Made by a program: the position numbers and the translations under genes. From the NCBI GenBank assembly GCA_038316355.1, contig JBBQAO010000006.1, positions 15,957-79,956 of the forward strand: a stretch of DNA of 64,000 bases. Reading direction: 5' to 3'. Below are positions 32,517 through 42,815 of the stretch, piece by piece. The notes below the pieces were generated by a model. The model saw only the letters and a program-made list of their open reading frames with translations. It did no database searches and was not told where the DNA came from. How positions within the stretch are numbered: the first letter of the stretch is position 1; every line of letters starts with the position of its first letter. Source of the DNA: Burkholderiales bacterium (GTDB lineage: Bacteria; Pseudomonadota; Gammaproteobacteria; Burkholderiales; SG8-41).

Positions 32517-33176
32517 TCAGCCCAGACCGGGGAGCAAGGGAACAAAGTTGGCCACTTCCACTTTTCTATCGACATAACCTTGTGCGGTTTTTTCAATGAC
32601 GTGCAAGGACTGCTTGCCATGGTGCGTCAGCGGGATGACGAGTTTACCACCCACCGCCAACTGATCACGCAAGGCCTGCGGCACAAGAGTAGCTGCCGCA
32701 GCCACGACGATGCCGTTGAACGGCGCCTGTTCAGGCATGCCCAGGTTGCCGTCAGCGTTGCGCACCCGCACGTTGTGCGCGCGCGCATCGCGCAGATGGC
32801 GTCGCGCCTTGGTCAGCAACGGGGCGAGTCGCTCTATTGAATACACCTCGCGCGCCAGTCGCGACAGCACCGCGGCCTGATAACCGCAGCCGGTGCCGAT
32901 TTCCAGCACCTTGTCGAGCGCACCGCTGCTGCGCAGCAGTTCGAGCATGCGCGCCACGGTGTACGGACTGGAAATCGTCTGACCGAAACCCAGCGGCAGC
33001 GACATGTCCTCGTACGCCCGGCTGGCCAGCGCCTCATCGACAAAAATATGCCGCGGCACCTCGCCCATCACCGCCAGTATCACTTCATCGCGGATGCCCT
33101 GCCCGCGCAGCCGCTCCACCATGCGCATGCGCGTACGCTGCGAAGTCATGCCGATGCCGGAGTTGGCCGCGTTCAT
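32517..33176 (-). CDS. pcm: Protein-L-isoaspartate O-methyltransferase
   Basis: [15 protein letters not shown] is the SAM-binding motif. The start ATG at 33176 overlaps the surE stop (ATGA). The ORF-track extension to 33329 runs inside surE. Confidence 0.9.
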   Translation of the reverse strand: MNAANSGIGMTSQRTRMRMVERLRGQGIRDEVILAVMGEVPRHIFVDEALASRAYEDMSLPLGFGQTISSPYTVARMLELLRSSGALDKVLEIGTGCGYQAAVLSRLAREVYSIERLAPLLTKARRHLRDARAHNVRVRNADGNLGMPEQAPFNGIVVAAAATLVPQALRDQLAVGGKLVIPLTHHGKQSLHVIEKTAQGYVDRKVEVANFVPLLPGLG

Positions 33177-33922
33177 GCGTTCCGGCCCAGCCAGCGTTCG
33201 ACCGTTTCCATCTGCGCAAACCGCGTCAGATCCATCTGCAACGGGGTGATGGATACCTGATTCGACGCTGCGGCGTGGAAATCGGTTCCGTCGCCGGCAT
33301 CCTGCGCGCCGCCCGCAGCACCGACCCAATACACCGTTTCACCACGCGGCGTGACCGCCTTCAGTACGGGCTCCGCCTTGTGCCGTTTGCCGAGACGGGT
33401 GACCTTGATGCCCTGCAGTGCCGCATGCGGCACATCAGGCACGTTGACGTTGAGCAGCATCGGCTGCGCGGCGCGATGTTTCGCAAAACGGGCAACCAGC
33501 TCTGCAGCAATCCGCCCCGCGGTGGCGAAATGATCATGCCCTGCGCTGACCAGAGAAATCGCCAGCGAGGGTATGCCCAGCAGGAAACCTTCGGTGGCCG
33601 CGGCAACGGTGCCGGAATAGATCGTATCGTCGCCCATGTTGGCGCCGTGATTGATGCCGGACACCACGACATCGGGCAATTCCGGCAGCAGTCCGGTCAC
33701 CGCCAGATGTACGCAGTCGGTCGGCGTGCCGTTGACATAGTAATAACCGTTGCTGGCGCGCCGCACTGACAGCGGACGGTCGAGGGTCAGTGAATTGCTG
33801 GCACCGCTGCGGTCACGTTCGGGAGCAACCACGGTGACCGTGCCCAACGCGGCAAGCGCCTGTTCCAGGGCGGCAAGGCCCGGTGCGAAATAGCCGTCGT
33901 CGTTGCTGAGCAGGATGCGCAC
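33173..33922 (-). CDS. surE: 5'/3'-nucleotidase SurE
   Basis: The [11 protein letters not shown]-terminus and the 249-aa size fit SurE. The gene sits in the classic surE-pcm-nlpD order. Confidence 0.93.
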   Translation of the reverse strand: MRILLSNDDGYFAPGLAALEQALAALGTVTVVAPERDRSGASNSLTLDRPLSVRRASNGYYYVNGTPTDCVHLAVTGLLPELPDVVVSGINHGANMGDDTIYSGTVAAATEGFLLGIPSLAISLVSAGHDHFATAGRIAAELVARFAKHRAAQPMLLNVNVPDVPHAALQGIKVTRLGKRHKAEPVLKAVTPRGETVYWVGAAGGAQDAGDGTDFHAAASNQVSITPLQMDLTRFAQMETVERWLGRNA

Positions 33923-34107
33923 GCTGATGTTTCGATTTGCTTTGTTATGTGCCCTGCATTGCGGCAGGCGGTTGTTTCAGGATCCCCGGCGCATCAAAGT
34001 CGCCGCGATTCAAAGTCCCCGGATATGCCGCGAATTTTAGCATGTGCTGCTGCGATATCCGGCGCGATGCTACGATACGCATCCCTTTAAACCACCGGTT
34101 CACGACC

Positions 34108-34806
34108 ATGGCCCCCATCGGCTTGCGCATTCTGCCCTTCCCGCCCCAACCCGCGGCAAAAATCATCGCCGCGCTGCGTAAAATCGCGACCGCGCACCTC
34201 AGCGACAACATGCATCGTCTGCATGCGGTCGGCTCCGACCTCTGGCCCTGCCACCGCGGCGGCAAACTGGTCGGCACCGCGCTGACCGTCAAAGTGAGCC
34301 CCGGCGACAACCTGATGGTGCACAAGGCCATCGACATCGCCCGTCCGGGAGACGTGATTGTGGTCGATGCCGGCGGTGTCAACACCCAGGCCATCATCGG
34401 CGAAATCATGGCGTCACTGGCCGAGCGGAACGGCGTCGCCGGCATGATCATTGACGGCGCGATCCGTGATGCCGACGCACTGGCGCTGTCGAGCTTCCCC
34501 GTCTATGCCAGTGGCGTCACCCATCGCGGACCGTACAAAAACGGCCCCGGCGAGATCAATGTGCCGGTGGTCATCGGCGATGCCGTGGTTAATCCCGGCG
34601 ATATCATCATCGGCGACGATGATGGCCTGTTGGTATTGCCGCAGGCATTGGCCGAAGAGACCATCGCGCTGGCACTGGTCCAGGCCGGACAGGAAGCCGC
34701 CCTGCTGAAAGCCATCCGCGGCAAGGGCAAGGTGGACCGCAGCTGGGTTGATGTAACGCTGCGCGCCAAGGGTTGCGTGATTCCGGCGAAGCTGCGCAGC
34801 CGATGA
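34108..34806 (+). CDS. RraA-family protein (RraA / 4-hydroxy-4-methyl-2-oxoglutarate aldolase-like)
   Basis: The GDVIVVDAGG, GEIMA and DGAIRD segments are typical of the RraA/HMG aldolase fold. I start it at the ATG at 34108. Confidence 0.75.
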   Translation: MAPIGLRILPFPPQPAAKIIAALRKIATAHLSDNMHRLHAVGSDLWPCHRGGKLVGTALTVKVSPGDNLMVHKAIDIARPGDVIVVDAGGVNTQAIIGEIMASLAERNGVAGMIIDGAIRDADALALSSFPVYASGVTHRGPYKNGPGEINVPVVIGDAVVNPGDIIIGDDDGLLVLPQALAEETIALALVQAGQEAALLKAIRGKGKVDRSWVDVTLRAKGCVIPAKLRSR

Positions 34807-34816
34807 GCAGTCCGTT

Positions 34817-36019
34817 ATGAGTGGTCCGTTATTCGGGCTCACCGTGGTCGACCTGACCACGGTGGTCATGGGACCCTATGCCACCCAGATCCTCGGTGAC
34901 CTGGGTGCCAGCATCATCAAGGTCGAAGCCCCGGGCGGCGACAATGTGCGCCATGTCGGTCCGATGAAAAATCGCGGCATGGGTCACATGTTCCTGCACC
35001 TGAACCGCAATAAAAAAAGCATCGTGCTCGACCTCAAGCAGTCGGCCGGCCGCGATGCGCTGCTGCGGATTGTCGCAAAAGCCGACGTGCTGATCTACAA
35101 CATCCGGCCGCAGGCGATGCAGCGGCTGCGGCTGGGTTATGCCGACGTCGCCGCAGTCAATCCGCGCATCATCTACGTCGGCGCCTGCGGTTTCGGTCAG
35201 CAGGGACCCTACGCCGCAAGACCGGCGTATGACGATCTGATTCAGGGCATGTCGGGACTGCCGTGGCTGCTGCTGCAGTCCGGCGCGACGGAACCCCGCT
35301 ACATCCCGGCAACCCTGGCCGACCGCATCGTCGGCCTGCATGCGGTTTATGCAGTGACCACTGCGCTGTATCACCGCGAACGCACCGGTGAAGGCCAGGC
35401 TGTTGAAGTGCCGATGTTCGAATGCATGAGCCAGATGATCCTCGGCGATCATTTCGGCGGCCGCAGCTTCGATCCGCCCTTGGGCGTCGCCGGTTACGCG
35501 CGGGTGCTGGCGCCCCAGCGCAAACCCTTCCGCACTGAGGATGGCTACATCTGTGTGCTGATGTACAACGACAAGCAGTGGCAGGGGTTTTTCCGCCTGA
35601 TCGGCCGCGACGACCTGTATCGTGACGACCCGCGCTTTAATTCCCACGAAAACCGCTCGGCACGCATCGACGAGGTCAATGCCTTTGTCGCCACGGAAAT
35701 GCTCAAACGCAAGACCGGCGACTGGCTGAACGCATTGATGGCCGCCGACATCCCCGCCACGCGCATGAACACGATTGATGATGTCATCGACGACGAGCAC
35801 CTGACCGGCACCGGTTTTGTCGCACTGGAAGAACATCCCAGCGAGGGCACGCTGCGCACCACCCGCGCGGCAACGCGGTGGTCGCTCACGCCGCCGGCGC
35901 CGCAATGCGGTGCGCCGCGACTCGGTGAACATGGCGCCGAAGTGCTGCGTGCCGCCGGCTACAGTGACGATGAAATCGGCGCGCTCGCAGCAGCGGGCGT
36001 GACTGCACTACCTGCCTGA
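34817..36019 (+). CDS. Family III (CaiB/BaiF) CoA-transferase
   Basis: The N-terminus VVDLTTVVMGPYATQILGDLGASIIKVE and the ~400-aa size fit the family. Confidence 0.88.
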   Translation: MSGPLFGLTVVDLTTVVMGPYATQILGDLGASIIKVEAPGGDNVRHVGPMKNRGMGHMFLHLNRNKKSIVLDLKQSAGRDALLRIVAKADVLIYNIRPQAMQRLRLGYADVAAVNPRIIYVGACGFGQQGPYAARPAYDDLIQGMSGLPWLLLQSGATEPRYIPATLADRIVGLHAVYAVTTALYHRERTGEGQAVEVPMFECMSQMILGDHFGGRSFDPPLGVAGYARVLAPQRKPFRTEDGYICVLMYNDKQWQGFFRLIGRDDLYRDDPRFNSHENRSARIDEVNAFVATEMLKRKTGDWLNALMAADIPATRMNTIDDVIDDEHLTGTGFVALEEHPSEGTLRTTRAATRWSLTPPAPQCGAPRLGEHGAEVLRAAGYSDDEIGALAAAGVTALPA

Positions 36020-36027
36020 GCGATCAC

Positions 36028-37194
36028 ATGGACTTCGAATTTTCAGCCGACCAGCGCGCCATCAAGGATGCGATTACCCGTGTCTGCTCGCGTTTCGGCG
36101 CCGACTACTGGCTGCAGAAGGATCGCGACGGCGGCTTCCCTCATGAATTCCACGCCGCAATCGCCGCCGACGGCTGGCTGGGCATAGCCATGCCGGAACG
36201 GTATGGGGGCAGCGGCCTCGGCATCACCGAAGCGGCATTGATGATGGAAACCATCGCCGCATCAGGCGCCGGATTTTCCGGCGCCTCCGCCATCCACATG
36301 AACATCTTCGGCCTGCACCCGGTGGTGGTGTATGCGACTGACGGGCAAAAGCAGCGCTGGCTGCCGCCGCTGATTGCCGGCACCGACAAGGCCTGTTTCG
36401 GCGTCACTGAACCCGGTGCCGGCCTCAACACCACGCGTCTGACAACCAAAGCCGTGCGTGACGGGGATGATTACATCATCACCGGACAAAAAGTCTGGAT
36501 CTCGACCGCGCAGGTCGCCAACAAGATCCTGCTGCTGACCCGCACCACGCCGCTGGAGCAGACGGCAAATCCAATCGACGGGCTAACACTGTTTTACGCC
36601 GACATCGACCGCAGCAAGGTCGAAGCCCGCGAGATCGACAAAATGGGCCGCAAGGCGGTGGATTCGAACCAGGTGTTCATCGACGGCTTGCGCGTGCCGG
36701 CAGCCGACCGCATTGGCGAGGAAGGCAAAGGTTTCCGCTACATCCTCGACGGTCTCAATCCCGAACGCATCCTGGTCGCCGCCGAAGCGGCGGGCCTCGG
36801 CCGCGCCGCGCTGAACCGGGCCGTGCAATATGCCGGTGAACGCATCGTGTTCGACCGGCCGATCGGCCAGAACCAGGCGATACAGCATCCCCTGGCACAG
36901 CGCTGGATCGAACTCGAGGCAGCGCGCCTGCTCACCTACAAGGCAGCGAGTCTCTACGACGCCGGCAAACCCTGCGGCGCCGAAGCCAATGCGGCAAAAT
37001 ACTTCGCCGGCGAAGCCGGATTCAAAGCCTGCGAAACCGCGGTGCTGACTCATGGCGGCATGGGCTATGCCAAGGAATTCCACGTCGAACGTTATTTCCG
37101 CGAAGCGATGATTGCGCGCATCGCCCCGGTCAGCCCGCAGTTGATCCTCTGCTACATCGCTGAGCGTGTGTTGGGGCTACCGAAGTCCTATTGA
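36028..37194 (+). CDS. Acyl-CoA dehydrogenase family protein
   Basis: The 388-aa protein has the typical ACAD layout, ending with GGMGYAKEFHVERYFREA. Confidence 0.9.
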   Translation: MDFEFSADQRAIKDAITRVCSRFGADYWLQKDRDGGFPHEFHAAIAADGWLGIAMPERYGGSGLGITEAALMMETIAASGAGFSGASAIHMNIFGLHPVVVYATDGQKQRWLPPLIAGTDKACFGVTEPGAGLNTTRLTTKAVRDGDDYIITGQKVWISTAQVANKILLLTRTTPLEQTANPIDGLTLFYADIDRSKVEAREIDKMGRKAVDSNQVFIDGLRVPAADRIGEEGKGFRYILDGLNPERILVAAEAAGLGRAALNRAVQYAGERIVFDRPIGQNQAIQHPLAQRWIELEAARLLTYKAASLYDAGKPCGAEANAAKYFAGEAGFKACETAVLTHGGMGYAKEFHVERYFREAMIARIAPVSPQLILCYIAERVLGLPKSY

Positions 37195-37817
37195 TCCCCG
37201 GCGCTGCCGCGTCGGCGCGCACCGTGTTTTTGCAATGACTGGTGTACCTGCCGGACCCCGACCGCAACATCATCGCCGGGCTGCACCAGCGGCAGAAACC
37301 CGGTAACCCGCCGCCGGTAATTAAAATACACCGGCAGGATCGGTACAGCGGCCGCACGGGCAATCCGGTAAAAACCGGATTTGAAGCGCGCGCCCTCGGT
37401 ACGGGTGCCCTCAGGGGTGATCGCCAGCCACAACGGCTCTCTTTTGCCGAATTCCGCGGCCATCACAGCAGCCAGATTTTCCGGCTGCGCCCGGTTCACC
37501 GGTACGCCACCCAGCCAGCGCATGAAACCGCCGAGCGGCCAGCGGAACAGCGTGTGTTTGGCAATGAATGCGATCCGGAGCCCGAGCACATACAGAAGCG
37601 CCGCACCGATGATGAAATCCCAGATCGAGGAATGCGGTGCAATGGCAATGACCAGCCGAGGGTGATCCGGAAATTCCCCTTCGGTATGCCAGCCCAGACC
37701 GCGCAAAATCCAGCGCCCCAGCAACCGCAACAGGCCGTAATTGCGGCGCGGCACTGTACCGCCGACACGAATGGATTCCGCCGCCACACGGCGATCTGCA
37801 CCTGCCGAATCAGCCAT
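37188..37817 (-). CDS. Lysophospholipid / 1-acyl-sn-glycerol-3-phosphate acyltransferase family protein
   Basis: The HX4D motif is present as HSSIWD, along with an EGTR box (TPEGTRTEG). I start it at the ATG at 37817, which is preceded by GGAGGA; the ORF-track GTG at 37862 lacks a Shine-Dalgarno sequence. Confidence 0.75.
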   Translation of the reverse strand: MADSAGADRRVAAESIRVGGTVPRRNYGLLRLLGRWILRGLGWHTEGEFPDHPRLVIAIAPHSSIWDFIIGAALLYVLGLRIAFIAKHTLFRWPLGGFMRWLGGVPVNRAQPENLAAVMAAEFGKREPLWLAITPEGTRTEGARFKSGFYRIARAAAVPILPVYFNYRRRVTGFLPLVQPGDDVAVGVRQVHQSLQKHGARRRGSAGDQ

Positions 37818-37866
37818 CGATTCCTCCAGCGCTGTCCACGGCATGGCTGGCCACGCTGTCACCCAT

Positions 37867-37925
37867 CAATTCAATAAAGCATTATAACTTATTGTTTTTG
37901 TTGTATATTTTTATATTGTTTTGTA
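37867..37925. repeat. AT-rich element, looser relative (copy D), overlapping the 3' end of the nitrilase-family gene
   Basis: Copy D shares TTCAATAAA with copies A-C. It shares ATAA(A)GCATT and TTGTTTTT with the AT-rich block at 18368-18400. It contains a perfect minus-strand TATAAT, read from plus-strand positions 37881-37886. Confidence 0.55.
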
Positions 37926-38743
37926 ACCGCATACGGTCGGTCATGCTGCAGCGAGGGCATCATGCTGCGGATTTTTGCCACACGCGCGGGATCAATTTCG
38001 GCGTAGATGATGCCCGGCTCTTCACCGCCATCAGCCAACACCTCGCCCCATGGATCAACGATCAGCGCATGGCCATAGGTCTGGCGGTTGCCTGCATGAT
38101 CGCCGCACATCGCCGGCGCCAGGATATAGGCGGCATTTTCAATGGCCCGCGCCCTGAGCAGCGTGTGCCAGTGCATCTTGCCGGTCTGGCGCTGGAAAGA
38201 AGCTGGCACGCTGATGAACTGCGCGCCCTGCTGTGCCAGCGCGCGATAAAGATGCGGAAAACGCAGGTCGTAACAAACAGTCATACCAAGCGGGCCCCAC
38301 GGCGTCTCCGCGATCACCGCCTGTTCACCGGGGCGATACGAGGACGATTCGCGGATCACCTTGCCGTCGGGCAAGGTGACATCAAACATGTGGATCTTGT
38401 CGTAGGACGCCGCCACCGCACCCTCAGCGGCAATCAGGTACGAACGGTTTACGATGCGCTCCTCGTCAGTCTTCAGCGTCAGCGAACCCAGCAGCAGCCA
38501 GATGTTCAGTTGCGCCGCCAGAGCGCGCAATTCTGCCAGCACGCTGCCGCCGTCAGCCGGCAACGCACCCTCGCGCATCACCCGGCCACTGCCGTCCATC
38601 AGCAGGCAGTATTCCGGCGACAGCACCAATTGCGCGCCGTTGCCGGCGGCTTCAGTCACCATGCGCCTGAGCTGGTCGAGATTGGCTGCAAGGTCGCTGC
38701 CGCTGTTCATTTGCAGACACGCCACGCGAAAAAGCGGATTCAT
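37889..38743 (-). CDS. Carbon-nitrogen hydrolase (nitrilase superfamily, Nit/omega-amidase-like)
   Basis: Glu-Lys-Cys triad contexts are present (SPEY, YDKIHMF, CYDLRFP). I start it at the ATG at 38743 (MNPLFRVACLQMN). The last ~11 codons (KQYKNIQQKQ) are encoded by an AT-rich intergenic-type element. Confidence 0.85.
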   Translation of the reverse strand: MNPLFRVACLQMNSGSDLAANLDQLRRMVTEAAGNGAQLVLSPEYCLLMDGSGRVMREGALPADGGSVLAELRALAAQLNIWLLLGSLTLKTDEERIVNRSYLIAAEGAVAASYDKIHMFDVTLPDGKVIRESSSYRPGEQAVIAETPWGPLGMTVCYDLRFPHLYRALAQQGAQFISVPASFQRQTGKMHWHTLLRARAIENAAYILAPAMCGDHAGNRQTYGHALIVDPWGEVLADGGEEPGIIYAEIDPARVAKIRSMMPSLQHDRPYAVTKQYKNIQQKQ

Positions 38744-38830
38744 CGACAGACCCGGAAAAGAATGGTGTATTCGCGGCAGAGTACAGGTTGGCGATGCAAC
38801 GGGCAAGACTGACTGACCGGCCGGTGATAC

Positions 38831-40345
38831 TCAGCCGAGGGTGAAATAGAACGTCGCGCCCTCTCCCGGTTTCGCGTCCACCCACACGCGGCCGCCATGT
38901 CGCGCCACGATGCGCTGAACGATGCTCAAACCGATTCCCGATCCTTCAAACTCCTCCCGGGAATGCAGACGCTGAAACGGGGCAAACAACTTGTCTGCAT
39001 ACCGCATGTCGAATCCGACGCCGTTGTCACGGACGAAATAGGCATCGACATCATTCCATTGCGTGATTCCAAATTCGATACGCGCGCCATCCGCATTGGC
39101 AGTGAATTTCCAGGCGTTGCCAAGAAGATTTGCCACCAATATACGGAACAGTCCCGGGTCCGCTGTTACCCGAAGACCCGGTTGCACCTGAGTGTCGATA
39201 TGGCGTTGCTGCGGGGATTCGCGCAAGATGCATAGTTCCCGCTCCATCATTCCGCTCAGATCAAGCTCTTGACGGACCATCTCCACCCGTGACAGTCGAG
39301 ACAAGTCCAGCAAATCGTGGATCAACCCCTCCATTTGCCGCACACCGTCCGAGATCCTCTTCAGATTTTTCAACGTCGGCTCATCGACGCCCTTGGGAGC
39401 GCTGGCTACCACCATCTTGCTGAACCCGTTGATGACACGCAACGGTGCGCGCAAATCATGGGAAACCGAGTAGCTGAATGACTCCAGTTCCTGGTTGACC
39501 CGCTTGAACTCCGCGGTCTGATGGGCAATACGATTTTCGAGATCCGCGTTTGTCCGCCGTAATTCGGCTTCCGTGCCTTTGCGTCCGGTAATATCCATAA
39601 ACGCGATGCTGAAATAGACAGGAAGTCCCTGATTTCCGAGAATGGTCCCGATAGAGACCCATACGCAATAATGTTCGCCATCCCTGCGCCTACCCCAGAC
39701 CTCTCCCTGCCAGGTCCCATTGGCGTTCACCGCGCGCCATGCTTCATCAAAAATTCCCGTCCACTGCCACTCGGCGACAAATTCACCGATGGATCGACCG
39801 ATCACCCAATCAGCGTCACACCCGGTAATTCGGCTGAACGCCGGATTGACGAGAAAGATGCTGTTGTCGCAATCAATGATCATGATGCCTTCGGACGCGT
39901 GCAAAAAGACCCCGGCAGCCAGTTGCATCCTGTCTTCCGTCCGCCGGTGGCGATGGATATCGTGACAGGTTATGACCATCAGTCCCCGTTCTTGCGCAGG
40001 ATCAAGCAATGGTGTCAGACTGATTGAAACCTCTAACGACGATCCATCGCAATGCAGGCAGGTCAACTGACGGCGAGCAGCGCGTCCACCGCGCATCAGG
40101 ATGCTCAGATGCAGCGCGCTTTGTTCGCGCGCCTTGTCCTCGACCAGTTTAAGGACTGAGGTGCCAACCATGTCGGTGGCCCTGTAGCCGAACAGGCGCT
40201 CCGCCGCGCGATTCCAGGCCTGCACCGTACTGTCAGCCGAGCAGCAGACGATCGCATCGACAGATTGCTCGACAAAGGAAGCCAGGCTCACTTCTGCCAA
40301 CGCGCCGACCGCAACGGGTTTGTGGACTATTCCTTGTTCCGGCAT
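38831..40345 (-). CDS. Cytoplasmic PAS-PAS sensor histidine kinase
   Basis: Two PAS domains are followed by the H-box FSYSVSHDLRAPLRVINGF and an HATPase_c domain. No transmembrane segment and no receiver domain are present. Confidence 0.88.
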   Translation of the reverse strand: MPEQGIVHKPVAVGALAEVSLASFVEQSVDAIVCCSADSTVQAWNRAAERLFGYRATDMVGTSVLKLVEDKAREQSALHLSILMRGGRAARRQLTCLHCDGSSLEVSISLTPLLDPAQERGLMVITCHDIHRHRRTEDRMQLAAGVFLHASEGIMIIDCDNSIFLVNPAFSRITGCDADWVIGRSIGEFVAEWQWTGIFDEAWRAVNANGTWQGEVWGRRRDGEHYCVWVSIGTILGNQGLPVYFSIAFMDITGRKGTEAELRRTNADLENRIAHQTAEFKRVNQELESFSYSVSHDLRAPLRVINGFSKMVVASAPKGVDEPTLKNLKRISDGVRQMEGLIHDLLDLSRLSRVEMVRQELDLSGMMERELCILRESPQQRHIDTQVQPGLRVTADPGLFRILVANLLGNAWKFTANADGARIEFGITQWNDVDAYFVRDNGVGFDMRYADKLFAPFQRLHSREEFEGSGIGLSIVQRIVARHGGRVWVDAKPGEGATFYFTLG

Positions 40346-40607
40346 TCGATGCTTCTCCTCGCCACAAGATTACTTACGGGGGATGACAATTGCATGATTC
40401 GCCGGTCGAATCAAATCTAACAAAATGGTAGGTTTTTTATAACAAGCCTTTGATATTTAAAATATTTTTTATCAAAACCTGTCACAGCCAGTATGAAGCC
40501 TTACCGAAATGGGCGCGGATTGCGGCTCAACCGGTGAGAAAACTTTTTCCTTAACATCGGACTGCAACCGCCGGTGCCTCGTATGCGATCCTGGGCAAAC
40601 TTTCCAC

Positions 40608-42773
40608 TCAACGCAGGAACTTGGCCTCGAACTTGTCTGCGGGCATGGGAATTCCGAACAGATAGCCCTGCACCTCATCACAATGGTGCGCGCGCAGGAG
40701 ATCAACCTGTTCTGCGGTTTCCACCCCTTCGGCGATCACGCGCAACCGCAGACTATGTGCCATTGCAATGATGGCCCGCGTAATCGACACATCATCCGCG
40801 TTACCGGGGATATCCTTGATAAAGGAACGGTCGATCTTCACGTGGTCTATCGGAAATCGCTTGAGGTAACTGAGTGACGAGTAACCGGTTCCGAAGTCGT
40901 CTATCGCGAGCTGTATGCCTTGCGCCTTGAGTTTGCGCAACACAATCGCTGCGTGTTCCGGGTTGTCCATCATCACGCTTTCGGTAATCTCCAGCTCCAG
41001 CCAGGTCGGATCGAGTTTGGTTTCTTCAAGCACGCGCGTCACGGTGGAATGGAAAATGTCCTGAACAAACTGCCGTGGCGAAAGATTCACTGCCACCCGC
41101 AGCGGCGGCGCACCCCGATCCCTCCACGATCTTACCTGCGCGCAGGCCGTGCGCAGCACCCACTCACCAATCGGCAGGATCAGGCCGGTCTCTTCAGCCA
41201 GTGGTATGAATTTGTCCGGCGGAATCATGCCCACCCCCGGCTGCCGCCAGCGCAACAGGGCTTCCATGCCGGTAATGCAGTTCGTTGTCAGATCGAACTT
41301 CGGCTGGTAATACAGTTCGAATTCGTCGCGCTCCAGAGCACGGCGCAAAAGCCGCTCCAGCACCAGCCGCTCGAACGAGCCCTGGTTCAACTTCGCGGAA
41401 TAAAACTGGAAATTGTTCTTGCCCAGTTCCTTGGCCCGTGACATCGCGCTGTCAGCGTTTTTCAATATGGTCTGTGCGCTCTGGCCGTCGCCCGGGAAAG
41501 CGCTGATGCCGATGCTGGCCGTGAGATGATAGTCGTTGTCCAGCAGCTGGATCGGTTCGGCGATCGCCGACAGCAGGCGCTGCGCTGTCTGCGCGGCATC
41601 TGCAGGCATCACACAGTCGCGGAGCATCACCACAAATTCATCGCCGCCGAACCGGGCCATGGTTGCGCGCCGCGGCAGCGCGTCGGCGACGCGTTTTGCG
41701 ATCTGCCGCAAAATCGCGTCGCCGGAATCGTGACTCAGAGTGTCGTTGATCAGCTTGAACCGGTCGAGATCGATGAACAGCACTGCAACCTGTTTTCCGG
41801 AAAAAACCGACTCCGACAGCGCCTGCTCAAGAAGCTGGCTGAACAGCAGCCGGTTCGGAAATCCGGTCAGTTCATCGTAGTTAGCGAGCTGCCTGATCCG
41901 CTCTTCCGCCCGCCTGCGGCCAGTGATGTCACGGATGATCCCGGCGAATTTGGTGTGGCTTTTTACGCGCATCACACCCAGGGTGAGTTCGATCGGAAAC
42001 AGCCCGCCGCCGCGGCGGACCGCTCTCAGTTCGCGGCCTACACCCACAATTTCGCTTTTTCCCGGCAATCCCTCCTTCGACAATACGCAGGTCTGGATAT
42101 CGCGTTGCCCGCTTGCACCGATCAGGGTATCTATGTTCAGCCCGATCAGTTCCGACGCCTTCCAGTCAAACATCCGTTCGGCCGCGGCATTGACAAATTC
42201 GATGATCCCGCCTTCGTCAATCACAACGATGCCGTCTGCAGCGGTGTCGACAATCGATTTGATCATTGCCTCACTTGTGCGCAGATTTTCCTCCGCGGCC
42301 CGGCGCGCCTTGCGTTCGGCGGCGTCCGTCAATTCGCGATGCACGGCCGGCAGCAGACGGCGCAGGTCATGCTTCATAACGTAATCATGGGCACCGGCAC
42401 GCATTGCCTGCACCGCGGTATCCTCGCCGATGCGTCCGGATACCAGAATGAACGGAAGATCGGGGCAAAGGGACGAGACAATCTCCAGCGCCTCGAGTCC
42501 GTCGAACTGCGGCATCGAATAGTCCGAAATGACCAGATCCCAGTCCTGGCCCTGGAGTTGCCCGTTAACGCCGGCTCGCGTCCAGACGCGCTCCCAAGCC
42601 ACATCATATCCGCCAGCAATGATCGCCTCCACGATGAGCAGCACATCGCCTTCACAATCATCGATGCACAGCACCCGCAACGGTTCGCGCTGCGGTGATT
42701 GTGTCCGGCAGGAGTCGCTGTTTCCCGTCGCCACCGCCGCGTATCTGGCTGCCGGGATCATCGGACCTGGCAC
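40608..42773 (-). CDS. Response-regulator receiver-PAS-GGDEF-EAL protein
   Basis: The REC domain has DD, the ISDYSMPQF phospho-acceptor context and a conserved K. The GGDEF site is intact (RFGGDEF) with no RxxD I-site. The EAL half keeps EALLRW, DDFGTGYS and QGY. Confidence 0.9.
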   Translation of the reverse strand: MPGPMIPAARYAAVATGNSDSCRTQSPQREPLRVLCIDDCEGDVLLIVEAIIAGGYDVAWERVWTRAGVNGQLQGQDWDLVISDYSMPQFDGLEALEIVSSLCPDLPFILVSGRIGEDTAVQAMRAGAHDYVMKHDLRRLLPAVHRELTDAAERKARRAAEENLRTSEAMIKSIVDTAADGIVVIDEGGIIEFVNAAAERMFDWKASELIGLNIDTLIGASGQRDIQTCVLSKEGLPGKSEIVGVGRELRAVRRGGGLFPIELTLGVMRVKSHTKFAGIIRDITGRRRAEERIRQLANYDELTGFPNRLLFSQLLEQALSESVFSGKQVAVLFIDLDRFKLINDTLSHDSGDAILRQIAKRVADALPRRATMARFGGDEFVVMLRDCVMPADAAQTAQRLLSAIAEPIQLLDNDYHLTASIGISAFPGDGQSAQTILKNADSAMSRAKELGKNNFQFYSAKLNQGSFERLVLERLLRRALERDEFELYYQPKFDLTTNCITGMEALLRWRQPGVGMIPPDKFIPLAEETGLILPIGEWVLRTACAQVRSWRDRGAPPLRVAVNLSPRQFVQDIFHSTVTRVLEETKLDPTWLELEITESVMMDNPEHAAIVLRKLKAQGIQLAIDDFGTGYSSLSYLKRFPIDHVKIDRSFIKDIPGNADDVSITRAIIAMAHSLRLRVIAEGVETAEQVDLLRAHHCDEVQGYLFGIPMPADKFEAKFLR

Positions 42774-42815
42774 CGGTTTGTGCCGGTAACCCGCGGGTTT
42801 GCGCTGCGGCTTTGT

